Assembly: GCA_963799305.1 (NCBI GenBank)
Contig: CAWCWX010000004.1
Coordinates: 43,320-107,319 of the forward strand
Source: an uncultured Acidobacteriota bacterium
GTDB lineage: Bacteria; Acidobacteriota; Terriglobia; Terriglobales; Acidobacteriaceae
Direction: 5' to 3'
DNA length: 64,000 nt
The notes beneath the pieces are model-generated. The model was not told the origin of the DNA and did not search any database. It worked only from the letters and a program-made list of their open reading frames with translations. A program made the translations under genes and the position numbers. This document shows positions 37,101 to 44,953 of the stretch, one piece after another. The first letter of the stretch is position 1. Each line of letters begins with the position of its first letter.

Positions 37101-39286
37101 GTGCCGGTCGCCGCAGCGTTCGAGATGTTGACGGTGGTGCCGCCTGTGTTGGTGACCACAACGGCTACCGACTTGTTGTTGCCGAGCGTCACATTTCCGA
37201 AGGCGACACTGCTCGGATTAGCCGTCAGCGAACCCGGTGCAACAGCGGTGCCGGAAAGCGGGATGTTCAAAGGCGATCCCGGCGCGTCGGAAGCGATCGC
37301 CAGAGTGCCCGTGATATTGCCCGCCGCCGTGGGCGCAAATTTGACCGTGAAAGTCGCTGTCTGGCTTGGAGTCAGAGTCGCCGGCAATGTGAGGCCGACC
37401 ACAGAGAAGCCTGCGCCCGTAATGGTGGCTTGTGAGATCGTAACGTTCGACCCACCAGTGTTAGTAAGTGTCTCCGAGAGGCTCGCATTATCACCGACCT
37501 GCACGCTGCCGAACGCGAGGCTGGCGGGGTTGGCGGAGAGCGCTCCGGGTGTCGCGCCGTTGCCGGAGAGGGCGATGTTCAAATTTGGATTGGAGCCGTT
37601 GGAGGTGATGCTGAGGTTGCCGCTGACTCCTCCGGTGACGGTCGGCGCAAATTGCACGTTGAAGGTTGTGCTCTGGCCGGCATTCAATGTCATCGGCACT
37701 GACAATCCGGTGATGCTGAACCCGGCTCCACTGGCGCTGGCAGCTGAGATCGTTACGCTTGTTCCACCTGAGTTGGTCAGCGTTTCACTCAGGTTCTTTG
37801 AATTTCCCACCAGCACGTTCCCGAAGGTCAAGCTTGCGGGATTGGCCGTGATTTGCCCTTGGGTAACGCCGGTTCCTGTCAGGCCAATGCTTAGTGGGGA
37901 GCCGGGCGCATTGGAAACGATCGACAGGGTTCCGTTCGCCGCTCCCGCCGTCGTCGGCGCGAATATCACGGTAAACGCCACGCTCTGATTCGGGGCCAGC
38001 GTGGCGGGCAGAGTCAATCCGCTGAGCGAATACCCTGTGCCGGTGAGGTTGGCCTGCGAAATGGTGACGGACGATCCCCCGTTATTGGTGAGCGTCTCCG
38101 ACTTGTTGCTGGTGGTTCCGATCTGCACATTGCCGAAGGCAAGACTTGTTGGCGACGCCTGCAATTGGCCCGGTGCATTCCCCGTACCGGAGAGTGGAAT
38201 GCTGAGGGGCGAGTTGGAGCCGTCGGAAACGATAGCCAGGTTGCCGCTGGCGGCGCCCGCGACCGTGGGCGCGAACTTCACTGTGAACGCAACGCTTTGG
38301 TTGGCGGCCAGAGTTGTTGGAAGCGTTAGCCCGGTGATGGAGAATCCCGCGCCGGTTACATTCGCTTGCGAGATGATCAGCGAAGAACCGCCGGTGTTGG
38401 TGAGCGTTTCAGGCACGCTGCTATTGCTGCCGAGAGTCACTGCGCCGAAAGCGATGCTGGCTGGATTCGCGCTCAGGGCGCCCGCTGGCACGCCCACTCC
38501 GCTTAGCGGCAAAGCCACTACCCCGCCCTGGTCTTGAGCCCTAGACTTGCGCGCCTGTGCTCTCTTGGCCTGGGCAACGGTGGTTGAGAATGAAATGCTG
38601 CCAGTGAAGTTGCCGGCTCCGATGGGGGCGAAGGTCACGCCCACAGACGCAGTGTTTCCCGGATGAAGCGTGAGTGGCACGGCGAGATTTCCCATGGTGA
38701 AGCTGGCGCCGCTCAACGTGGCCTGCGAAATCGTTACATCGGTCGCTCCGCTGTTCGAGAGGGTCACATTGCTGGAACTGACGCCGCCGACCCTGACATT
38801 GCCGAAATTAACCGAAGAGGGGTTCAGGACAAGCTCTCCACCCTCGACTCCATCGCCCGCGACATCGAGTGAAGCCAGAAACTCCGAATTGTCGCCGAAG
38901 GAAAGGGTCTTTGTGCTCTTTCCCGCGACCGATGGTTGGAACTGCACACTGAACGAAGCTGCTTGTCCCGGAGTTAAGGTGAGAGGGAGTGTGATGCCTG
39001 TGACTTGAACCGTGGTGTCCTGGCCGGAGATCGAGACGATGGTGACACTAGAGGTCTTAAAATTCGTCAGCGTATTCGGGATCGACTTGGAGCTACCCAA
39101 CGAAACGTTGCCGAAATCGATGCTGTCACTGCCCAGCACGACGGTGTCATTAATCTCAGTCTGCTGCTTTCCCAGCAGTTGGCACCCGGTAAGGGAGATG
39201 AGAGCAACCGCGATCAGGAAGGAGCCAACGCTGGTTCGGGCGAGCCATCTAGCGTTCAAGTGTCCAGACCTCAGATTGCCGCACAT
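34175..39286 (-). CDS. Giant surface lipoprotein: 15 tandem ~104-aa choice-of-anchor-D/ASH-like Ig-fold domains plus a C-terminal FN3-like domain
   Basis: 1703-aa ORF with the lipobox LISLTGC. The repeated pattern is L..NP.S..FGNV.VG......TLTN.GG..VTIS......G.GF...GL.LP.TL..GQ...F.V.F.PT..G...G.L.I.S....P.L.I.LSGTG. The last 87 aa read HSVDLTWN..VVGYNVYRR...YFYVAKAVD...AVIPTP. Confidence 0.9.
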   Translation of the reverse strand: MCGNLRSGHLNARWLARTSVGSFLIAVALISLTGCQLLGKQQTEINDTVVLGSDSIDFGNVSLGSSKSIPNTLTNFKTSSVTIVSISGQDTTVQVTGITLPLTLTPGQAASFSVQFQPSVAGKSTKTLSFGDNSEFLASLDVAGDGVEGGELVLNPSSVNFGNVRVGGVSSSNVTLSNSGATDVTISQATLSGASFTMGNLAVPLTLHPGNTASVGVTFAPIGAGNFTGSISFSTTVAQAKRAQARKSRAQDQGGVVALPLSGVGVPAGALSANPASIAFGAVTLGSNSSVPETLTNTGGSSLIISQANVTGAGFSITGLTLPTTLAANQSVAFTVKFAPTVAGAASGNLAIVSDGSNSPLSIPLSGTGNAPGQLQASPTSLAFGNVQIGTTSNKSETLTNNGGSSVTISQANLTGTGYSLSGLTLPATLAPNQSVAFTVIFAPTTAGAANGTLSIVSNAPGSPLSIGLTGTGVTQGQITANPASLTFGNVLVGNSKNLSETLTNSGGTSVTISAASASGAGFSITGLSVPMTLNAGQSTTFNVQFAPTVTGGVSGNLSITSNGSNPNLNIALSGNGATPGALSANPASLAFGSVQVGDNASLSETLTNTGGSNVTISQATITGAGFSVVGLTLPATLTPSQTATFTVKFAPTAAGNITGTLAIASDAPGSPLNIPLSGTAVAPGSLTANPSSVAFGNVTLGNNKSVAVVVTNTGGTTVNISNAAATGTGYTLNGPTLPVALNAGQSATFNAVFTPTVAGSASGNLTITSDANNPTLTVPLSGTGVTPGQITPNPASLSFGNVAVGGSKTLTETLTNSGGTSLTVSAAAATGTGFSITGLNLPITLAAGQTTTFNVLFTPTATGAATGNVTITSNGSNPTLNIALSATGVTAGTLSANPTSLSFGNVQIGGNASLSETLTNTGGVNVTISQANITGATFTVTGLSLPVTLTPTQTVTFSVKFAPTAAGAVSGNLAIVSDATNSPLNIPLSGTGVAPGSLTANPSSVAFGNVTVGNNKSVAVVVTNTGGTTVNISNAAATGTGYSFNGPTLPVALNAGQSATFNAVFTPTVAGSASGNLTITSDANNPTLTVPLSGTGVTPGQITPNPASLSFGNVAVGGSKTLTETLTNSGGTSLTISAAAATGTGFSITGLNLPITLAAGQTTTFNVLFTPTATGAATGNVTITSNGSNPTLNIALSATGVTAGTLSANPTSLSFGNVQIGSNASLSETLTNTGGVNVTISQANITGATFTVTGLSLPVTLTPTQTVTFSVKFAPTTAGAVSGNLAIVSDATNSPLNIPLSGTGVAPGSLTPNPTSLSFGNVVVGSSKPLTETLTNSGGSSLTISAASTTGTGFSISGLSLPLTLTAGQSTSFTVQFGPTSAGAVTGNVKITSDGSNPTLNIGLSGTGVTPGTLSANPTSLSFGTVQVGNSSNLSETVTNTGGSSVTISQSNVTGTGFSISGLTLPTTLNSGQSVTFTATFAPTAAGAVSGTLAIISNASNSPLNIGLSGTGGAPGQLSVSPSTLNFGNVLVNSSKALSGSLTATGASVTVSSGSSDSSEFVLSGITLPKTIAAGQSATFTVTFTPNASGAASASLTFLSNASNSPTVEALTGNGQAPLPHSVDLTWNASGSPNVVGYNVYRRTASGSYGSPINGGSLVATTAYTDSGVTSGQTYFYVAKAVDSSNVESGPSNEVQAVIPTP
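35355..37250. repeat. Near-identical tandem duplication, period 936 bp (3-domain unit), about 2.03 copies
   Basis: Antisense ORF pairs recur at exactly +936 with identical or near-identical translations: 35817/36753 and 36165/37101. The encoded 312-aa blocks differ at only about 5 residues (TLGNNK/TVGNNK, YTLNG/YSFNG, LTVSAAA/LTISAAA, IGGNAS/IGSNAS, PTAAGAV/PTTAGAV). Confidence 0.85.
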
Positions 39287-39591
39287 GCCGCGTGCGACGG
39301 GGGATTTCGGGTCACGGGAAGGTTGGAACGATTCCTCCCAGCGCTTTCATTGTCACGGCCAGCGCCTGAAAGTCGACAGATTGCGGAAGGACTACAGGGG
39401 ATGTGGAATCGGACACAGCACTATGGTTCGCAATTTGCCTTTAGAAATTGAGGGAGTTACTGCAGTGCTACTTGGAAAGTGGCGGAGGGACAGTGCGGGA
39501 ATGTCCAGTAGTACCCGGCCGCGCGATGAAGGAACTGTATGCTTCGCTCGTAAGTGTCGCTGGGGAGGGTGTCCGGGAATGCGGTTACGCG

Positions 39592-40266
39592 TCAGGGCGT
39601 GGGAATCACAGCCGTCACCGACTTGGAGGGAGCGCTCTCGATACCGTCATTGTCAACAGCAGTAACCACGTAGTAATAAGTGCCACCGGCGAGAACCGTC
39701 TCGTCCTTGTAACTCGTACTCGTGTCGAGGCCACCGTTAATGCGGGAATAGTCTTCGTTCGTCTTGCGGTACACGTTGTATCCAACCACTCCCGGGGAAG
39801 CGCTGGCGTTCCATGACAGGTCCACGCTGTGCTGGGGAGCGGAAGTTCCCGTTCCGGTCTCGGACTGGAGCGCGGGAGAATCGTCGGCGCTGCTTGCAAA
39901 GCTGAGAGTGGTGGACGCCGAACCACTCACCTGGGGCGTAAAGGTGACGGTGAAGGAAAGGCTGTGGCCTGCATCTAAGGACGTTGGAAGGGAGACTCCT
40001 TTGAGTCCGAAATCCCCGTTCGTGCCCGTGACTGAGGAAATGTTGACGGTCGCTCCTGTCGCGCGCAGGCTTCCTTGCAGGGATGCGCTCTGGCCGACGA
40101 TGACTTTGCCAAAAGAGAGCGAGGCCGGGCTGACCGACAGGCCTCCATGCGGGGGGCTGTCTCCTCCGCCCTTGCTCTGCAGTCCCTGGCATCCGGTCAA
40201 AGCCACGACGAGCGCAGACACTGACAGAGCTGCGGCCAACCGTGCGCAGGCGGAAGAATTTGTCAA
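39592..40266 (-). CDS. Lipoprotein with one choice-of-anchor-D-like domain and a C-terminal FN3-like domain
   Basis: 224-aa ORF with a TTG start and the lipobox VVALTGC. It reads LSVSPASLSFGKVIVGQSASL...FTVTFTPQVSG, then HSVDLSWNASASPGVVGYNVYRK...YYYVVTAVDNDGIESAPS..AVIPTP. Confidence 0.85.
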   Translation of the reverse strand: MTNSSACARLAAALSVSALVVALTGCQGLQSKGGGDSPPHGGLSVSPASLSFGKVIVGQSASLQGSLRATGATVNISSVTGTNGDFGLKGVSLPTSLDAGHSLSFTVTFTPQVSGSASTTLSFASSADDSPALQSETGTGTSAPQHSVDLSWNASASPGVVGYNVYRKTNEDYSRINGGLDTSTSYKDETVLAGGTYYYVVTAVDNDGIESAPSKSVTAVIPTP

Positions 40267-40631
40267 GACCTCAAGCCTCTATACTGCCGTGGGTACTACC
40301 CACGACGGGGGGATATCCGCATTCCGGGAATATTTCGGTCCCGCCATCATGAATCACGCCATCCTAACTAGAGGATGGGTGCACTTCCAGATTCCGGAAG
40401 GGCAATTTATATAACAGAAGGTCTGGGTAAGGGGAGTGAAAAGCGTCGATTTTGGAGCATTGGGGGGAAGTGTGAAAACATTTTCCTACGACCAGAAGGG
40501 GACTCTGGCAAATGTAGCCCTCAGCGGTGCTCTTTTCAGAAACTTGAGACAGATCCTGCGCTTTCCGTATGTGGTACAAGCGAGTGGATTTTCCAGCGCC
40601 GGGTTTAATCTAGGGCAGTACCTGATCACAG

Positions 40632-40647
40632 TGGCAACGCGCGTGCA
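40632..40647 (+). promoter_or_regulatory. Sigma-54-type (-24/-12) promoter candidate TGGCAACGCGCGTGCA
   Basis: The GG and GC elements have the canonical spacing (TGGCA-N7-TGCA against the consensus TGGCACG-N4-TTGCA). The site is 41 nt upstream of ATG 40688. Confidence 0.3.
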
Positions 40648-40687
40648 CCATCCCAGCCGGTGGTAGACTAGGGGAAAGGCAAGCAAA

Positions 40688-41074
40688 ATGAGATTCTCGG
40701 TATTACTAGCATTAGCTGTAGCGGGGATGACGATAACTTCCCCTGCCCAGAACCAGCAAAAAGTGAAAACGCCGTCCTCGCACAGCGAAGAAAAGGACAA
40801 CGCCAAAAGCACTGCCCGGGCCCCGAGAAAAGAAGAGGCGGGCCGAAACTCTGCCTCGAAGGAGTTGCGCAAGGTTGAGCAATCAAGTGCAAAAGTGTCA
40901 AGCCGCAAGAGCACTAAGGCTGTCAGAACGCCGCGCAACACCGCATTCGTGAAGTCGGAAAAGAAAGATCGGAATACGCCCATCCATTTTGGCGCGTCCG
41001 GCGGGGGCCACAAAAGCAGTGGCAAGTCCAAAGATGCGCTCAAGGGACGAATGAAACATAAGGGCCGGCGCTAG
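40688..41074 (+). CDS. Secreted Lys/Ser-rich low-complexity basic protein, unknown function
   Basis: 128-aa ORF with the signal peptide MRFSVLLALAVAGMTITSPAQ. The rest is K/S/R/E-rich with no hydrophobic core. It competes with the antisense ORF 40486..41043. Confidence 0.45.
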   Translation: MRFSVLLALAVAGMTITSPAQNQQKVKTPSSHSEEKDNAKSTARAPRKEEAGRNSASKELRKVEQSSAKVSSRKSTKAVRTPRNTAFVKSEKKDRNTPIHFGASGGGHKSSGKSKDALKGRMKHKGRR

Positions 41075-41093
41075 ATCTAAGCAGGTGCGAGTT

Positions 41094-41834
41094 TCATCGG
41101 GGAATCGTGTTTTGAACGGGTGCTTGTACAGAGGCTCTGGCACTTGGCTCTTTTAGGGAATACTTAAGCAGGCAATACAGGGCTCGCACGCCGTCTTTCC
41201 ATCCGATCTTCTTACCCTCTTCATACGTGCGGCCGGAGTAGCTGATCCCAACCTCATAAATCCGCAGTTTGCGGCGCGCGACTTTTACAGTAATTTCCGG
41301 CTCGAAGCCGAAGCGGTCTTCCTCCAGCGGAATCGACTGAATCACCTCGCGGCGAAATACCTTGTAACAAGTTTCCATGTCGGACAGATTGATGTTCGTC
41401 AGGCAATTCGAAAGCAGAGTAAGAAGCGCGTTGCCGACGGAATGCCAGAAGTAGAGGACGCGGTGCGGCCCCCCGCCCAGGAAACGGGATCCGAATACAA
41501 CATCGGCTCTGCCCTGGATGAGCGGCTCCAGCAGTTGCGGGTATTCCGATGGATCGTACTCGAGGTCGGCATCTTGAATGATGACGAAATCGCCGGTTGC
41601 CTCCTGGATGCCGCGGCGAAGGGCCGCGCCTTTCCCCATGTTTCGCGGTTGCAGAAATGCTCGAATCTGCGGATATTCTCCCTGCATTTCCGCCAGAATC
41701 TCACGCGAGCCGTCACTGGAGCCGTCATCCACGCACAGCAACTCGATTTCGATCGGCTGCGCCATAACGACGGCAATCACCTGGCGCAGAGTGGCTCGTT
41801 CGTTATAGATCGGCATCACGACGGAGAGTCTCAT
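41094..41834 (-). CDS. Family 2 glycosyltransferase (dolichyl/polyprenyl-phosphate sugar synthase-like)
   Basis: ATG 41834 lies within ORF 41094..41987. The product reads [16 protein letters not shown]...[12 protein letters not shown]...[11 protein letters not shown]...[11 protein letters not shown]...VFGSRF. Confidence 0.85.
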   Translation of the reverse strand: MRLSVVMPIYNERATLRQVIAVVMAQPIEIELLCVDDGSSDGSREILAEMQGEYPQIRAFLQPRNMGKGAALRRGIQEATGDFVIIQDADLEYDPSEYPQLLEPLIQGRADVVFGSRFLGGGPHRVLYFWHSVGNALLTLLSNCLTNINLSDMETCYKVFRREVIQSIPLEEDRFGFEPEITVKVARRKLRIYEVGISYSGRTYEEGKKIGWKDGVRALYCLLKYSLKEPSARASVQAPVQNTIPR

Positions 41835-41890
41835 ATCGAAAGAGCAGTGGGCGAAGTCGATTGTAAACCGAGAAGGTAGTGCGGGCAGTG

Positions 41891-42253
41891 TCACTGGTCG
41901 CGGTGGACGGTACCCGGAGAGAACGCAGGCAGGCAGATCGCGACATACTCCGCGCCTCCGGCGAAGGGCGTGGAATAACGGATCCATTCTCCGCGATGCG
42001 TGATAACGGCCTGCCCGGCTGTTACATCTACCTGGCCATCCTTGTGCTGCACCCGCAGCATGCCGTGCAGCACCAGCGTGTATTCATCGAACTCCGGAGT
42101 TTGTCCAGGCTCCTCCCAGCCTTCGGGACTGCGCATGTGCGCCACACTTAAGTCGGAGGTGCGCGAGTTGACGTGGCCAATGTATTCGTCGATCAATTTG
42201 GGCTTGGTTCCGGAGGCTTCAATGCGGGTAGGAGTTGCAATCAGAGTGGGCAT
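41891..42253 (-). CDS. Cupin domain protein
   Basis: 120-aa ORF with the cupin-like core [37 protein letters not shown]. Confidence 0.65.
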   Translation of the reverse strand: MPTLIATPTRIEASGTKPKLIDEYIGHVNSRTSDLSVAHMRSPEGWEEPGQTPEFDEYTLVLHGMLRVQHKDGQVDVTAGQAVITHRGEWIRYSTPFAGGAEYVAICLPAFSPGTVHRDQ

Positions 42254-42377
42254 AGTTGATGGATCGTAGCAACCGGCGCGAGCCCAGACAAGTGATCGTC
42301 ACTGCAATCTCGATCCACCGGAGCTATACTCGCGTCTCTGCATGCGGAAGGGAAGCACTTCTCGCTGCATTTAGGAA

Positions 42378-43379
42378 ATGAGAACTTTTCGCAATCTCCG
42401 ATTCATTACCGCCGCGCTGGTGCTCGTGATGGGCGTGGGCACGGCGGGCTACCATTACATCGAAGGCTGGTCATGGTTCGACGGCTTGTACATGGTCATC
42501 ACCACGCTGACCACGATCGGTTATCAGGAAACCCATCCCCTCTCGCATATCGGACGTGTGTTCAATGTCGGAATCATCCTGTGCGGCGTATCCCTGGTGT
42601 TTCTGGCGATCGGGGCGCTGACCCAGGCTTTGCTAGAATTCGAGCTGCAGCATTTCTTTGGAAGGCGGCGCATGGGGCGCGAAATCGGCCGGCTGACCGA
42701 TCACTACATCATCTGCGGCGCGGGACGCGTTGGCCGCAGCGCCGCGCGGGAACTGGCGCGGAGGCCCGCGCCATTCGTGATAGTCGACTACGCGGAGGCC
42801 AAGGCGCAGAAATTCGCCGCCGAGAGCTGGCTGATGATGGTCGGCGATGCGACTCAGGAACAGACGTTGCGCGAAGCCCGCATCGAACATGCGCGCGGTC
42901 TGGTGGCCGCGACCACCACGGACGCAACGAATCTCTACATTGTGCTCACGGCCCGCAGCCTGAATCCAAAATTGCGGATCATTGCGCGGGCCAGTGAAGA
43001 AATGGCGGAAAAGCATCTACTGTCCGCCGGAGCCGACTCGGTGGTCTCGCCCTATATTTTTGCGGGACAAAGAATTGCGCACTCGTTTCTCACTCCACAT
43101 GTGGTGAGCTTTCTCGACACGGCAACGACTCATCTCGGCATGGATCTCGAGATTGGTCAGGTTGCGATCACCCCGAGTAGTCCGTTTGCCGGACAAACGA
43201 TTGAAAGTTCGCGCATCCGGCAGAAAGATGGTGTCATCGTCCTGGCCATCAAGCGGGCCGCGGGTATGCGTTTTAATCCCGCGCCGGACGATAGCATCGA
43301 GCCTGGAGACTTTCTGATCGCCATGGGCGAACCCCAGCAACTGCGTGAACTGGAGCGCAAGGCTGGCTCCACCGTATGA
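42378..43379 (+). CDS. 2-TM K+-channel-like protein with a cytoplasmic RCK/TrkA domain
   Basis: Pore region WSWFDGLYMVITTLTTIGYQETHP (filter codons 42510-42530), a Rossmann motif IICGAGRVGRSAAREL, and a TrkA-C-like end (GQTIESSRIRQKDGVIVLAIKR). Confidence 0.85.
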   Translation: MRTFRNLRFITAALVLVMGVGTAGYHYIEGWSWFDGLYMVITTLTTIGYQETHPLSHIGRVFNVGIILCGVSLVFLAIGALTQALLEFELQHFFGRRRMGREIGRLTDHYIICGAGRVGRSAARELARRPAPFVIVDYAEAKAQKFAAESWLMMVGDATQEQTLREARIEHARGLVAATTTDATNLYIVLTARSLNPKLRIIARASEEMAEKHLLSAGADSVVSPYIFAGQRIAHSFLTPHVVSFLDTATTHLGMDLEIGQVAITPSSPFAGQTIESSRIRQKDGVIVLAIKRAAGMRFNPAPDDSIEPGDFLIAMGEPQQLRELERKAGSTV

Positions 43380-44941
43380 AAATCGTCAGCGCGGCGGAAA
43401 TGCGCGAGATCGATCGCGTCACCTCGGAGCGTTTCGGCGTCCCCTCGCTCACGCTCATGGAAAAGGCAGGTTCGGCAGTCGCGCGCTTTGTTCTCTCTGA
43501 ATATCCCCGAGCCAAACGCATCTCCGTGATCTGCGGGAAGGGCAACAACGGCGGCGACGGTTTTGTGGCGGCGCGGCACTTGGCGGAATCGGGACGCGTG
43601 GTGCGAGTCTTGTTGCTGGCGGTTCCGGACGAACTACGTGGCGATGCCGCCGCCATGTTTCACAGGCTCGGCATTCTCCCGCAGGTTGTCCGCAATGTCA
43701 GCGATCTGGATTCGACTGATGCCGCGCCGATCTTCGCCGCGGACGTGATTGTAGACGCCCTTCTTGGTTCGGGATTTCGTCAGCCAGTCAGCCCCCTCTA
43801 CGCCGCCGCGATTTCCAGAATGAATGGCAGCCGCGCTCCCGTGGTTGCGGTGGATATCCCTTCGGGCGCGGATGCCGACGCCGTGCAGGCTGGATCTGGA
43901 GTTGTGGCTCGTGCCGATGCCGTTGTGACCTTTACCGCTCCCCGGCCGGCTCATGTGTTTGGGGAGCTGACAAGCGGCAGTACGGTGATTGCTTCCATTG
44001 GTTCTCCGCCCGACGCGATCGTGTCGCAACTCGGACTTGATCTCAGCACTCCCGCCGACGTTGCCGCATTACTTGCGCCGCGGCGGAGTGAAGCCAACAA
44101 GGGTAGCTACGGGCATGTGCTCGTCATCGGAGGATCGCTGGGCAGGGCGGGCGCGGCGGCCATGGCTGGGTTCTCGGCCTTGCGCGCCGGCGCCGGACTT
44201 TCCACGGTGGCGACGGCGCGATCTGTCCTGTCCACGGTCGCGGGATTTCACGCCGAGCTCATGACGGAACCGCTGGTCGAAACCGACGCTGGAACGATCT
44301 CTTACAAGGCGTTGGAATCGGTCGCAGCGTTGGTTGAGCGCAAGAGTGTGCTGGCGATTGGTCCTGGAATTTCTCGGCACCGCGAAACCTCGGAGTTCGT
44401 GCAGGCGATCGTGCAGAAGTGCTCCACGCCGACGGTCCTCGATGCGGATGCTTTGAACGCGTTTGAGGGCTCAGCAGGAGATCTGAGCGGCCGCGGAAGA
44501 ATTCTGGTAATCACCCCCCATCCCGGAGAGATGTCGCGGTTGACGGGGATGACCATCGCGGAGATTCAAGCCAACCGTCTCGAAGTCGCCCGCAGCTTCG
44601 CGCGCGAACACGAATTGATCGTCGTCTTGAAGGGACATCGCACGTTAATCGCAGCGCCTGACGGTCCGGTCTGGGTGAATGCAACTGGCAATCCGGGTAT
44701 GGCGACCGGTGGCACTGGAGACGTTCTGACAGGAATGGTCGCCGGGTTGATCGCGCAGCATCCTCAGCACACATTCGAGGCAACCGTTCTTGCGGTGTAC
44801 CTGCATGGGCTGGCCGGGGACCTGGCTTGCGAAGAACTGGGAGAGCCTTCTCTGGTCGCGACGGATCTGGTGCGGTATCTGCCGGCGGCGTTTGCGTGGG
44901 TGCAAAAGAACACGGGCGCGGAGATTCGGCTTCACGCCTGA
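43376..44941 (+). CDS. nnr: Bifunctional NAD(P)H-hydrate repair enzyme (epimerase/ADP-dependent dehydratase)
   Basis: 521-aa ORF with a YjeF-N region (CGKGNNGGDGFVAARHL) and a YjeF-C carbohydrate kinase region (GSYGHVLVIGGS, GNPGMATGGTGDVLTG). A 4-nt overlap links it to the channel gene. Confidence 0.9.
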   Translation: MKIVSAAEMREIDRVTSERFGVPSLTLMEKAGSAVARFVLSEYPRAKRISVICGKGNNGGDGFVAARHLAESGRVVRVLLLAVPDELRGDAAAMFHRLGILPQVVRNVSDLDSTDAAPIFAADVIVDALLGSGFRQPVSPLYAAAISRMNGSRAPVVAVDIPSGADADAVQAGSGVVARADAVVTFTAPRPAHVFGELTSGSTVIASIGSPPDAIVSQLGLDLSTPADVAALLAPRRSEANKGSYGHVLVIGGSLGRAGAAAMAGFSALRAGAGLSTVATARSVLSTVAGFHAELMTEPLVETDAGTISYKALESVAALVERKSVLAIGPGISRHRETSEFVQAIVQKCSTPTVLDADALNAFEGSAGDLSGRGRILVITPHPGEMSRLTGMTIAEIQANRLEVARSFAREHELIVVLKGHRTLIAAPDGPVWVNATGNPGMATGGTGDVLTGMVAGLIAQHPQHTFEATVLAVYLHGLAGDLACEELGEPSLVATDLVRYLPAAFAWVQKNTGAEIRLHA

Positions 44942-44953
44942 CAAATGCCAGAA

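Noticed and set aside
34368-38537. A series of long plus-strand ORFs (e.g. 34767..35804 at 345 aa, 37101..37988 at 295 aa) opposite the giant lipoprotein gene
   Set aside because: They are antisense to a 1703-aa ORF with a clear domain structure. Their translations are low-complexity (V/P/A/L-rich) mirror images of the repeat, and they recur with the same 936-bp period. This is a typical GC-rich antisense artefact.
34439-39154. Regular ~312-bp periodicity considered as a possible CRISPR or satellite array
   Set aside because: The period is far too long for CRISPR, the units are divergent, and the whole array is one continuous protein-coding frame (domain repeats).
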